A DNA stretch of 64,000 nucleotides from Histomonas meleagridis 2922-C6/04-290x (taxonomy: Eukaryota > Protista > Parabasalia). Within the stretch, counting starts at the first letter, position 1. Each line of letters begins with the position of its first letter. The notes under the pieces are model-generated. The model searched no databases and was not told the DNA's origin. It saw nothing but the letters and a program-made list of their open reading frames with translations. Position numbers and translations under genes: made by a program. The DNA lies in contig JAANOX010000085.1 of NCBI GenBank assembly GCA_020184695.1, positions 310,001 through 374,000 of the forward strand, written 5' to 3'. Positions 8,784 to 19,784 of this stretch are shown piece after piece.

Positions 8784-10523
8784 TCTGTTAAGGGCCCCAG
8801 CTCAAAAAACGACTTTTCGTATGATTTACTAAAATGATTTTGTGAGTACGTCTGGCTATTTATACCACTTTTTTGAATGAGTATTCAATGTGTGACGGTT
8901 GTAAAATAGACCCTAAATATATTTTCAAGATATGCTACATTATTAAAGCAGACATAATTGTACCAACAAATTCACAAAAATTTATGTAAAAACATCGAAT
9001 ATTAATAACGAATCAACACATATGACTATTATTTTTGTACATGGAAATCAAATTCATAAATATTATTTTTAATGATGAAAATTTAAATTTTTTTTTTACT
9101 TGGTGATGTCAGTATGAACGTTCTCGTAAAAACGTTGAGGTTCTCGTTTTATTGTAAAATTCTTGTACGTTAAGGGGTTATTATTAATTTTCTGAAGTTT
9201 ACTGCGCGGGAATTTTTTTTCGAGTCTCGAAAGTGTCTATCTAATTATACATAGTGTATTAAATAAAATGAAAAATTTTCCCCATATCCTCACATTAAGA
9301 ACTATTATATGGTATATATGAAATTTATCATTATATTATACAGCACAAAAAAAGCGAATATTTTATTTATTTTACACCATAATCACTAAAATCGTCTAAT
9401 AAAAAAAATTTACCTATAGTTATAAAACTAATGAACATCGTATCAAATTAAAGAATAAATATGAATTTTATTGATTTTATAATATAAATACATTTTTTTA
9501 AATGTGTATCGAAATAATCGAAAAATTAGAGAATACTAAATAAAAATCATAGATACTTCAAAATCTCTAATGGGATTTAACCAACATTAAATATTCTTAA
9601 AAAATCGATGTCATTACGTTTAAATATCATATATGAATTAATGTGGAAATTGTGGTATTTTTTCTTATTTTTCCTTGGTGGTTAATAAAATTTATTTTTG
9701 TCTTTTTATGTTTTCATAGCGAAATATTAATTTTTTTCAGTCGAAACCGATCAAGCTGTTCTACGTTGAAACTCATGAAAAAACAGTGGTTTCAGTAGTG
9801 ATTTTCGAAACTAATGGAATAAGCATTTTTTTGTTCAGCTCTGGGGTTCAATTATGACTCATTTTTGAATGATTCTGCATCCGACACATGTATCAGATAG
9901 AATGACGCTTTCTAAACCTTCAGACATTTTTTGGTTCAGCTTTGTCATCACTGAAAATCATGAATGCGCTCATAAATGAAACCATAAATGCTTGATGACT
10001 TGATGTAAAATAATATGGCGCACAACAAAACAAACATAAATATTTGATGACTTGATGGAATGTAGAGAGTAATATTAATGAGTATCATTTGGTAGCGACG
10101 TAGGAGCGGACCAAAACACACGTTCGGGAACATCTATGATCACCTTAGCCGAGGCGACAGCATGCTGTCTATTAAGTAAGTGGCATGTTGTTTGGAAATT
10201 ATTTCTTTATTTCAAAATGAAATGTTAATTATTATATTGACCATTTTATTTTATGCCTTAGACTTTTGCTAATTTTTCGGATTGCTCAATATACTGTTCT
10301 TATCCATAATGAATTTTTATTTATTGTAAACCGCACAATTTTGAATCAACTAATAACCGTTATGAAACATAATTTTCTATATCACGATAGTATTTTTCCG
10401 ATCGGAAATCGATCAATTGAATTTGCCTATCGGACAAATGTAATATGTAAGTAAAAGTGACCCACATCGTAAACCTGCCGAACAGAAGAAGAAATGATTT
10501 AAATACTTTACAATATATTTGCA

Positions 10524-12743
10524 ATGGACTTCAATCAAGTTGAAGATATGAACGGAATACGTTTCTCATGGAACGTACTTCCAACAAATCGTCAAGATGC
10601 TAATGCATGTAGCGTCCCTTTTGGATGCGTTTATACTCCATTAAAACAAATAATGGAACATCAACCCTGTCAGTATGAACCTGTCATTTGTCAACACTGT
10701 CGTGCTGTGCTTAATCCATACTCAAGCATCAATTTTAATTCAAAAACATGGAGCTGTCCCATTTGCAATTCAATATCTCCTTTACCTCAATCATATCATG
10801 AAATGACAGAAACGCAACTAGCAGCTGAGCTCCTTCCTGAGTATTCTACCATTGAATATATTCTTAACTCACCGCCCACATATCCACCAATATTTATTTT
10901 TGTTGTTGATACTTGTGTCCTAGCATCCCAACTTCCACATCTTAAAACACTCCTTTTACAATCCATTTCTCTTCTTCCTCCAACATCACTGGTAGGTTTC
11001 ATTTCGTATGGAAATCTTGTGTACATCCATGAACTTTGTTTTATAGAATGTCCACGTTCGTATGTATTCAATGGCCAAAAGCTTTATACCCCACTTCAGC
11101 TTCAAGAATATCTTTCCATTCATTCAAATACAAAAGAAATCGATAATCCATTTGTAATACCAATGGCAGATGCCGAGCAAATGCTTACATCCATCATTGA
11201 CAACCTAGAAATTGATCCATTCCCAGTACCAAAAGGCCAGCGCTCTTCACGTTGCACTGGGGCTGCTTTGGACATCACCATTTCACTGCTTGAGGCACTT
11301 TTTCCTCATTCTAATACACAAATCATGTTATTCACTTCTGGCCCGATTACTAAAGGTCCTGGGACGATGGCGTCCTTAAAGGTGACTGATATTGTTCGTC
11401 AACACAAAGATATCGAAGGAGGAAACGCACCTTTCTATAACGAATCGCGTAAATTCTTTAATGAAATGGCTAAACGTGCGACAAGGAATAACGTCGTCAT
11501 AAATTACATATCAGCTTCTTTCGAGGAAACTGGTTTATTAGAAATTAGTCCAGTCATACATTCTACTGGAGGATTTTTAATATCTGCTGAAACTTATTCC
11601 GACGAAAATATCTCGAAATCAATTTCAAAGTTTTTCGAAGGCGGAATTTTGAGAGACGCTGGTGCCGATGGCGTCATAACCGTCCATGTTTCAAAGCAAT
11701 TGAGAGTGTCAGGCTGTATCGGCCCGTGTGTTTCAATGGAAAAACCGGCGCCGTCAGTTTCAGAGAAGCCGATAGGGATTGGTGGAACTATTCAATGGAA
11801 AGTATCTGGTATATTACCATCAACATCATATACATTTTTCTTTGATATCTATGAACCTAAGAACGATCCCATCTTAGCCGAGACTCAAGGATATGTCCAA
11901 ATTGTTACCCAATATCGACATATTACATCCGGGTTAATGCGATTACGAGTCACTACTTCACCATTAAAGTTCAGTGACTTAACAACTAATCAAAACAGTA
12001 TTGAAGAAGGCTTTGATCAACAAGCAGCCGCAATCATTTTATCCAAACTATCGATGATCAAAGCGGAAACAACAGATACAACAACAGCGATCCGTTATTT
12101 AGACTCAACGTTAATTCGCTTCTCACGGAAATTCGGCACATATACAACGAATCAACCGCAGTCATTTTCATTTAAGCAACAGTTCCGATTCCTTCCACAG
12201 TTCTTATTCCATTTACGTCGTTCCCCATTCCTAAGCACATTTAACATGTCGCCGGACCAAACGACGTCATTCCGCGCTTCGTTACTTCGTGAAGAAGTCA
12301 CAAATTCATTGTTCATGATCCAGCCGACGTTATTGAGGTACAGCTTAAGCGAGGCGCCAAAGCCGGTGATACTCGACATATCATCGCTCAAGCCCGACTG
12401 CGTGTTGCTGTTGGACACCTACTTCAGAGTGCTCATTTGGCACGGATCAAACATCGCAGCGTGGAGAGATCAGAGGTATCAGGAGCAGCCAGAGTACGCA
12501 AACTTGAAAAGCGCGTTGGAGGAGCCCCTGGAGGAGGCAAAGAGGCTCCTCGAGGAGAGGTTCCCGACGCCGTCCCTCGTCGTGTGCGATGAGGACTCGT
12601 CGCAGTCGAGGTACCTGCTGACAAAGTGCAACCCGTCAAACGACCCGTCAATGAACATTTCGTTCTACGATTTGAAGACAGACGAACAATCACTGTCCGG
12701 ATTTTTGGAGCACTTGAAGAAGTTGGCAGTGGTCGATAAGTGA
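10524..12743 (+). CDS. SEC23: COPII coat subunit Sec23
   Basis: RFSWNVLP, zinc finger CQHC..CPIC, FIFVVDTC (trunk/vWA), RCTGAAL, NMSPDQT, IQPTL, LLDTYFRVLIWHG, RFPTP, SQSRYLL; 739 aa, full length. Confidence 0.97.
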   Translation: MDFNQVEDMNGIRFSWNVLPTNRQDANACSVPFGCVYTPLKQIMEHQPCQYEPVICQHCRAVLNPYSSINFNSKTWSCPICNSISPLPQSYHEMTETQLAAELLPEYSTIEYILNSPPTYPPIFIFVVDTCVLASQLPHLKTLLLQSISLLPPTSLVGFISYGNLVYIHELCFIECPRSYVFNGQKLYTPLQLQEYLSIHSNTKEIDNPFVIPMADAEQMLTSIIDNLEIDPFPVPKGQRSSRCTGAALDITISLLEALFPHSNTQIMLFTSGPITKGPGTMASLKVTDIVRQHKDIEGGNAPFYNESRKFFNEMAKRATRNNVVINYISASFEETGLLEISPVIHSTGGFLISAETYSDENISKSISKFFEGGILRDAGADGVITVHVSKQLRVSGCIGPCVSMEKPAPSVSEKPIGIGGTIQWKVSGILPSTSYTFFFDIYEPKNDPILAETQGYVQIVTQYRHITSGLMRLRVTTSPLKFSDLTTNQNSIEEGFDQQAAAIILSKLSMIKAETTDTTTAIRYLDSTLIRFSRKFGTYTTNQPQSFSFKQQFRFLPQFLFHLRRSPFLSTFNMSPDQTTSFRASLLREEVTNSLFMIQPTLLRYSLSEAPKPVILDISSLKPDCVLLLDTYFRVLIWHGSNIAAWRDQRYQEQPEYANLKSALEEPLEEAKRLLEERFPTPSLVVCDEDSSQSRYLLTKCNPSNDPSMNISFYDLKTDEQSLSGFLEHLKKLAVVDK

Positions 12744-13214
12744 TAATAAACTTCTTTGATTAGATTGAATGTTTGTGATATGAATAATTTATGTTTTCGC
12801 GTGGTGACAAACAAAACATATTTTGGTTCGACTGAAGAAATGCAAAAGTAAAGTAAAGATCTGATTATATTAACATGATTAGGAAGTACTTTTTGAGCGA
12901 AAAACTGTTACCTCATTCAAAAAAATTTTTATCAAAAGTGGCAAATGTAAATTTCCCCAACGCCACTTTTTGAGAAGCTTTGTCACTTTTTATGATACAC
13001 ACTTTTTTTTGTTGAAACGTAACACAGAAAAAGAATTTTTCAGACTCATTAATTTTCGATTTCCGTTAAAGGATTATGTTAACTAAGACAAAGAAAGTTT
13101 TTTTACAATAATTACTGATCTGAATCGAAAATAATTAATGAATAAGTTCTTTTGCTTAAGATGTACAATTTTTTATATACTAAAATAAAAATTATTTCAT
13201 CGAAATTTACACAT

Positions 13215-14570
13215 TTATTCATCGTCATATTCAGGGTCTTCATACAGTTTTTGTAGTAAACTTTCAGACAGCGCCGCCACATCCTCGTCGTTGCCTTCTG
13301 CTCCTCTTTCCAGCCACTCTATGAAGTCATCCTCGCCTTCCATTTCACTCATCACCAGTTGGATCTCATCTTCTGCGCGAGTTTTCAAGAACCGATCGAT
13401 GACAGCGCACATATCGCTTCTATTTTCTTCTTCGCACAGATATATATAACTCAGTAATACATATATACATCTATCACCATTTAACTCAACATAATAATTC
13501 TCAGTTGTGTTAAGCATTAGTTGACACAAGAACTCATACGCAGCTTGTTTCAAGTGATGCTTTGACTCACCATTAAATTTTGCTATTGCGATTCTTTGAA
13601 AAGAAGACTCAACACACAAATCAGCAATAGAATTATCTTCAAAAATCATTTGGCTCAACAAATAAAATGATACCTCAACAATACGTTGATCAGAATTTAA
13701 TAAAGTATTTGATAGATACTCAATGATATTATGCTGTATTAGAAAAGGAATTCCTTCATTAAAATAATAGCAAATGTTATCTGATATTTTGATGATGTTA
13801 TATATACAATTTGTATCAGTAACATCAAGTGATAAAATTTGTGGATAAAAGTTGTTGTTGACAAAATATAAAAGAAATCGTTGATCTGCTTCAATAAAAT
13901 CTCGAATAAATCGAAGAAGTTGATGAAGAAGTAATGCATCAGATGTATTGATCTTGGAAAAAAGTATTTGGAACAAGGAAATATAGGCATCAATGAAGTT
14001 ACTATAGTCAAAGTCTTCAAGTTTATAAAGAAGGGAGTCAGAAAGATGAATAGCTTGAATATGATATAATGACATTGGATCATTAAGAATGGAAAATAGT
14101 TGTTGGAAAATGCCGGCTTGAATAAGGGCTTCTCGGTAAATTGGAGAAGAAAGGGAAAGATTGATGAAGATGCCAAATGAATATGATGAAGGAAAGTTTT
14201 GAATTGCAATTGCAATAATATTATTGTTAAATATAAGGTCTGTCATTGGTGATTGGAAACTTAAAAGAAGACATATAAGATGTATTGAGTTTGTGTGGAT
14301 TTCTGGAATAGGTGATTGTGTTAAATGTAATATAAAAAGAACAGCTCCTTCAGGAAGTAAAAAATTACACTCACAAAAAAAATCACAAAGCCATTTCAAA
14401 GATTGTATTTGAGCATTAACATCATCTGATTGAAGAAATTTTAAATTTTGTTCAAGTAATGGCAATTTTTTTTGCATTTCAGCACTTGGGCCAATAGATG
14501 TATCAAACTTATGGAAATCACTAAAGTCTTGTAGAGCATTTTCTACATCTTTTTTGTAATTTAGCTTCAT
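13215..14570 (-). CDS. ARM/HEAT-repeat protein (importin-alpha-like fold, family uncertain)
   Basis: 451-aa ORF with periodic amphipathic helices (QIQSLKWLCDFF, HTNSIHLICLL, VEVSFYLLSQM) and an acidic tail. Confidence 0.6.
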   Translation of the reverse strand: MKLNYKKDVENALQDFSDFHKFDTSIGPSAEMQKKLPLLEQNLKFLQSDDVNAQIQSLKWLCDFFCECNFLLPEGAVLFILHLTQSPIPEIHTNSIHLICLLLSFQSPMTDLIFNNNIIAIAIQNFPSSYSFGIFINLSLSSPIYREALIQAGIFQQLFSILNDPMSLYHIQAIHLSDSLLYKLEDFDYSNFIDAYISLFQILFSKINTSDALLLHQLLRFIRDFIEADQRFLLYFVNNNFYPQILSLDVTDTNCIYNIIKISDNICYYFNEGIPFLIQHNIIEYLSNTLLNSDQRIVEVSFYLLSQMIFEDNSIADLCVESSFQRIAIAKFNGESKHHLKQAAYEFLCQLMLNTTENYYVELNGDRCIYVLLSYIYLCEEENRSDMCAVIDRFLKTRAEDEIQLVMSEMEGEDDFIEWLERGAEGNDEDVAALSESLLQKLYEDPEYDDE

Positions 14571-14667
14571 GTGCCATACTCAAGCAGACTTTGAGAATTA
14601 TATTTAAACGTACACCCATAGTGAATTGTGATGTGAAAAGGAGTGTTCAACCCAAAAATCAAAAAGA

Positions 14668-14895
14668 ATGAACTCACAGATAGAAATCCTCTATAATAAT
14701 GCAAATACATTATTTGACGAAACTGATGGAAATGACATTGATACAAAAATTCAAGAGCTTGATCAAACGAAATTTGATATTTCAGAATATGATTTGTACC
14801 AAGGAATTCAACCTAATCCTGAAATTTCGCAAGAAAACATTGAAAAGTACCGTAAGCTTGCACAGAAGCTGGGGAAAAAGGAAGATAATAACTAG
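14668..14895 (+). CDS. Small acidic hypothetical protein (75 aa)
   Basis: ATG-initiated, coding-like codon usage, divergent from the 14570 gene across 97 bp; no recognisable domain. Confidence 0.45.
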   Translation: MNSQIEILYNNANTLFDETDGNDIDTKIQELDQTKFDISEYDLYQGIQPNPEISQENIEKYRKLAQKLGKKEDNN

Positions 14896-15261
14896 GTTCA
14901 TTAATCATTAAACTTTGTTATAATTATAATTACCTAATAAAATATATTTTTTAATACTTTTATATGGATGTTTCTACAAATATTGATATGTGAAAGCTTT
15001 CCGCATTAATTTTTTGAACATTAGCTAATCAATATATTTTGTAAATATGTCAAGTAAATCATTGGTTTAAAAAAAAAAATCAATCTTTTTGAAATATTTT
15101 CTCATAAACGTAACAAAAATTTAAAAGTTGTAATTAAATCTCTTAAATCAAAGCATTAATGACATATTTTAAGAAGCATATATTTTAATGTTTGAAGAGT
15201 TTTTTTGGTAAAAGTTTTCTTTTTTGTCCGTTAAAAATTAAATTTTAAACGTAATCTTTGG

Positions 15262-16464
15262 ATGGAAGCAAATTCCAGCTCTTTCATTTTACCAAATTTA
15301 ACAGATGAAATTAATAACCTTTCCGAATCTACTTCTGTTCTTTTAAATTCAGAATTTGATCCAACAGAATTTCAAAATGCTGTCAAGAATTACCAACTAG
15401 AAGCTCAACAAATTCAAGACACTCTTGTAAAAATATATGAAAACATGAACAAATCAATTCTTAAAACACCACGATCATCCAAAAACTCATCTGAATTATC
15501 TGCTACCAGTGGATTGATAAAAGACCTTCGGAAAAAAATAGAAAACTTGTCTAAAGAGAATGAAAGTATTTCCAAGCAAATACAAAGTGTAATGAGCATG
15601 AGTGGTGCCCAGTCATTTGCTAGTAAATCTGGAATCAACTTATCTGCTTCAGATCATTCTCCATTAAAACTGGCCAGAAAGAAAAACCTCACAACAATAT
15701 CAGATGATAAATCCCTTGTTGCAACAAATACTAAACTCAAACATCAATTAATAATTCAAATCAAAGAAAAAAACGAACTCAAAACAAAACTTGACCAACA
15801 AATAGAAGAGAACAACAAACTCAAAAAACAGAATCAGGAAATTATTAACAAATTCATGTCATACATGGATTTGCTCCATTCAAAAAACCAATTAGTCACC
15901 ACCCAAATAGACAATTCAATCACCAAACAGACGCAAAGGATGACAAATCTTCGGTGGAAACTTAACAATGTTTCTTCAAAATCGAAATCTAATATCAAAC
16001 AAAACACATCCAAATCCATAATATCAAGTGTAGGGAATACACGAACAGAACAAACAAACGATTCTATTTTCGATTCTCCAGTTTTTCTCCCAAATGACAA
16101 ACTCCAATCTAAAGATATGCAATTATTAATAGCTGGTTGTGAAGAACTTATCGATTCAATAATTTCTGATTCAAACAGTTTCACCAAAAAATCAATTGAG
16201 GAACTTGTGTCATCACCAAGCGACTTTACAAAGTATGTTTCTCAAGTCAGACTCGTTCAAGAAAAACGTTTAATTCAGACTAAGAATGAAATTGAGAGGC
16301 TTAAGCTGGAGTTATCGTTTGCCAAAGAACGGGGTGCCCGAAACCGTATTTCACCAGAAGTAGAAAATGTTATTAACAATTTATTTACATCAATACAAGG
16401 AGTTTCAAACCAACTTCGTGAGGAACATGAAGCCCTCCTTTCGAGGCTTGAACAAAACAAGTAA
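15262..16464 (+). CDS. Coiled-coil hypothetical protein
   Basis: 400-aa ORF with heptad-rich segments (LRKKIENLSKENESISKQIQ; LKTKLDQQIEENNKLKKQNQ). Confidence 0.75.
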   Translation: MEANSSSFILPNLTDEINNLSESTSVLLNSEFDPTEFQNAVKNYQLEAQQIQDTLVKIYENMNKSILKTPRSSKNSSELSATSGLIKDLRKKIENLSKENESISKQIQSVMSMSGAQSFASKSGINLSASDHSPLKLARKKNLTTISDDKSLVATNTKLKHQLIIQIKEKNELKTKLDQQIEENNKLKKQNQEIINKFMSYMDLLHSKNQLVTTQIDNSITKQTQRMTNLRWKLNNVSSKSKSNIKQNTSKSIISSVGNTRTEQTNDSIFDSPVFLPNDKLQSKDMQLLIAGCEELIDSIISDSNSFTKKSIEELVSSPSDFTKYVSQVRLVQEKRLIQTKNEIERLKLELSFAKERGARNRISPEVENVINNLFTSIQGVSNQLREEHEALLSRLEQNK

Positions 16465-16470
16465 ATATAT

Positions 16471-17595
16471 TTATTCTGATTTTTTTTCAACAAATGCGCA
16501 TAATAGTTCAATTTGTTTCGAAGTTACAAATAAATGTTCTTTCAGCTCAACGAACGTACCATATTCGTGTGCGATTGGAAAACGTAATTGTTTCCCAATT
16601 TCTTCGATTTGTTGAACTGACATATTATTCATTTTAATTGAAGAAATACATAGTTTCTCCAAAAGATATATTACTACATCAGCTTTAGCGTTGTCTTTTT
16701 TATCAGAAGAGTCACATAACTTTTTGAGATTTGGTATTGAGGAGATTAGTTCATCTGCTGATGAAATATTTGTCGACAAATAATTTGCAATGACATTGTA
16801 ACAGATGGAATGAACAATAACAACACCGCTTCCATCGAGAGGTATGTTGGAAATAAATGGGAAAATGAGTTCTGGGTGGTCATATGGAAGTATTTTGCAC
16901 AAATTTTCTATGACTTTTGTGAGTTCGTCTGGTGGTATTTCGTTTAGATAAGATTTGAGTGAATCAATGACATGTATTATATGTGATGATTCCCGAACTT
17001 CATTGCAGAATAAGGAAGAAAGAATAAGAAGAACTATGTCAGAGTGTGCACAGCGAGGATTAGTGAACTCCTCTTGGAATACTTGTGGGTGAAGAAAACT
17101 GATAAAATAAACAAGAGTATCGTGACATGTTAAAGCAGATTCAAACAAAAATTCAAGATACAATGGGAGAGATATAGAGTAGTCGGGAAGTCGGGTTCCG
17201 TAGCGGTGAGTGATTGGACCTAGAATATGATGCTGTTGAGGACTTAAAAGCATTTCTTGCAGTAACGTAAATAGAACTGTTTCAGAAGCCATAATCTTTC
17301 TGGCAGGCAGGGAGTCTAATGCACAAAAAAGCCATTTAGTGAGCCTAGGGAATACGATTGGAACTCTTTCGAATTGGTTAGCAAGCAAGTCAAAAACTTG
17401 ATGTGGAAATGATGAAAATGGAGGAGTCTTAATTCCTTCCTGAAATTCCTGAAAAAGTTTTTCATCCTCGTGATTTTCTTCTTGTTGGTTGCTTTCTTCT
17501 GGTGTGTCAAATTCATTTAGTTCTTGCTCTTTTTGACGAGTCAATACCAGTGAATCTAAACTGAAACTATCTGGGATTGGCTGATCTTCTTCCAT
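16471..17595 (-). CDS. Hypothetical helical protein
   Basis: 374-aa ATG-initiated ORF with an acidic N-terminus; no recognised motif. Confidence 0.7.
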   Translation of the reverse strand: MEEDQPIPDSFSLDSLVLTRQKEQELNEFDTPEESNQQEENHEDEKLFQEFQEGIKTPPFSSFPHQVFDLLANQFERVPIVFPRLTKWLFCALDSLPARKIMASETVLFTLLQEMLLSPQQHHILGPITHRYGTRLPDYSISLPLYLEFLFESALTCHDTLVYFISFLHPQVFQEEFTNPRCAHSDIVLLILSSLFCNEVRESSHIIHVIDSLKSYLNEIPPDELTKVIENLCKILPYDHPELIFPFISNIPLDGSGVVIVHSICYNVIANYLSTNISSADELISSIPNLKKLCDSSDKKDNAKADVVIYLLEKLCISSIKMNNMSVQQIEEIGKQLRFPIAHEYGTFVELKEHLFVTSKQIELLCAFVEKKSE

Positions 17596-17743
17596 CTCAA
17601 ATTCGGCCGTTTATTTATTTTTCTTCAAATGTTTGTGATCCATTTAAATTCTGGAAATGAAACATATAATTCAAGAAGAATTTGTTGCTAACAATGAATG
17701 AAGAAAAATTACTAAAAATGAAAGGAGAAAAAAACATTAATGT

Positions 17744-18352
17744 TTATTTACAGCACGCACCTGATGGTTCTGTTTTTTGGTTTCCGGTTAAAGTTATTTG
17801 AGTAGCACTCGACAATGATTCTGCATTGTTTATTTCCAAAATTAATTTTAAAAATTCGTAAAATGCTTTATCTACATTTTCACCTGTTTTTGCAGAAACT
17901 TCAAAGTACAAATTGATCTTGTTTCGTTCTTTCCATTGGTCAATTGCAGATTGTGAAATTGATTTTGATTGAAGATCAGATTTGTTTCCGAGTAAAAGAA
18001 ATGGATATGCCTTTGTGCAATCAAACGAACACTTTTCAAGTGCCATATCATAATAAGAATCAATATCACTGAATGAAGACGGATTTGTAAGATCAAATAC
18101 TAGAACAACACCACTTGCCCCACGGACAATTGCTGGTGCTACAGCTTTAAATCTTTCTTCTCCAGCTGTATCCCATAACATCATTGTAACTTCGGTATCA
18201 TTGATAGTAAGTGTATGGGTAAAAAAACCAGCACCAATCGTAGAGATGGTATCTTCCACAAATGTGCCATTACAGTACTGGTTTATAAGGGATGTTTTTC
18301 CAACATTGGATGCGCCCAATAGGACGACTTTCATGTCGGTCTTGTTCGCCAT
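17744..18352 (-). CDS. Rab-family small GTPase
   Basis: GASNVGKTS, WDTAGEERF, NKSD, EVSAK and C-terminal CCK prenylation site. ATG at 18352 preferred over the ORF-track TTG at 18394. Confidence 0.93.
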   Translation of the reverse strand: MANKTDMKVVLLGASNVGKTSLINQYCNGTFVEDTISTIGAGFFTHTLTINDTEVTMMLWDTAGEERFKAVAPAIVRGASGVVLVFDLTNPSSFSDIDSYYDMALEKCSFDCTKAYPFLLLGNKSDLQSKSISQSAIDQWKERNKINLYFEVSAKTGENVDKAFYEFLKLILEINNAESLSSATQITLTGNQKTEPSGACCK

Positions 18353-19070
18353 TTGAAAATAAAGTTTTGAATATGTTTTGACAAACAGACACACTCAAAT
18401 AAACGAACACAATTTTTATGAGTTCACTTTTTAACGATAGGATTGAATGAATGAAAAATCATCGTATTTATATTCAAAAATTGGAAAGTTCAACTTCTTT
18501 CGAATGCAAGATTGCAACAAAAATATTTTGGTATATACTAGTTTGAAACAAGATTTTTATTTTTGACCATTTTTCCATGATTTTTGGTTTCACTATAATA
18601 GAATCAAAATGCGCATAAACAATAATAAGAAAAAGTATTTTATAACAAATAAACGTAAGCTAAAAACGAAATTTCAAGGAAAATTAAAAATATCGTTATT
18701 ATTCAGAATTTCAAAGTCTCAAAAATCAATAATTTCTCAAAATCGACAATATAAATTTTGGAACTTTGTTTTCTATCTAATATACTACATTTTATTTATA
18801 TTACATGCTTAAAATCATCATATAAAAAAAAATTTTTTTTCCTTAATGTGCAATATTTGTTTTATGTATAATTTTTGTTGTGAAAAATGAGGGATTTTAA
18901 AGTTTTCAAATTTTATTATATATGAAAAATCACAAAATTCTCCTGGTGAAACAAAATTTTATCGATTACTTGGCCAAATAATTTGTTTCGTATTTGATCG
19001 TTTAAACGATTATATCGACAGAGTCAAGGCTTAACGTTCAAAAATGGGTGAAGTTTGAGGGCAACAGGGT

Positions 19071-19769
19071 ATCAATGCTTTCATGCTCTAGAAGTAATAT
19101 GACGATTTATATGTTTACATAAAAGGATGCCCATATAAGTATTTGGAAATTATTTACATTGCACATTTTTTGATCAAAATTAAAGTTTTCTTGTGATGAT
19201 ATTTCTTGAAGTTTTTCGATTTCATCATTTCGAATTATTTTTACAATTTCATTTGGATTATGTCATTCTCTAATTAATTTCTTATGTAATTCCCAATCAT
19301 TCTTTGATAGTTCTTCATAATTTACAAAATCATTTTCCCTTAAATAGATTGGTAATTTAGCTTTAAGCATATAATGTACAAAATCAACAATATGGTTGTT
19401 TTTTACAATGTTTGGTTCAAGAAAATTATGTTCAATCATAGATTCAAGTAGATAATATGATACATCTGTATGTTTATTTTTAAGAAATCGTACAAATACA
19501 TCATATATATTGGATTTGATTTTATTACTCTCTTCAAATGTTCTTATTTCTTTTATAATATTCAAAAATAAATCTACGTTATTATTTTTAATTACAAAGG
19601 AATAATATATCATTTGAATAATAATTAAGTCATAAGATAAAGGATGGATTTCATCAAATTTGTTGATTATTAAACCTAAAGATCGAGAGAAATTTTCTTC
19701 ATTCAAACTAAAAATTGATTGATTTATTGATAGAAGTGTTTCCCAGTTGCGATGTTCCTTTGGTTTCAT
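19071..19769 (-). pseudogene. DUF3447-ankyrin family copy C, internally deleted
   Basis: N-terminus homologous to copies A and B (WET..HPLSYDLIIIQMIY; YEELSKNDWELHKKLIRE*HNPNEIVKIIRNDEIEKLQEISSQ). It jumps directly to an ankyrin remnant (LIWASFYVNI*IVILLLEHESID). Confidence 0.8.
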
Positions 19770-19784
19770 GTGGAAAATTTACAA

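Noticed and set aside
8788-9180. Kolobok/piggyBac-like element starting at TTAA-GGGCCCC (8788) or TTAA-GGGG (~9172)
   Set aside because: No matching inverted terminus, second TTAA TSD or transposase found in the window.
10090-10180. Spliceosomal snRNA, SRP or RNase P/MRP gene
   Set aside because: None of the diagnostic motifs (U2 GTGTAGTA, U6 ACAGAGA, U5 loop, U1 ACTTACC) is present on either strand; only generic hairpins.
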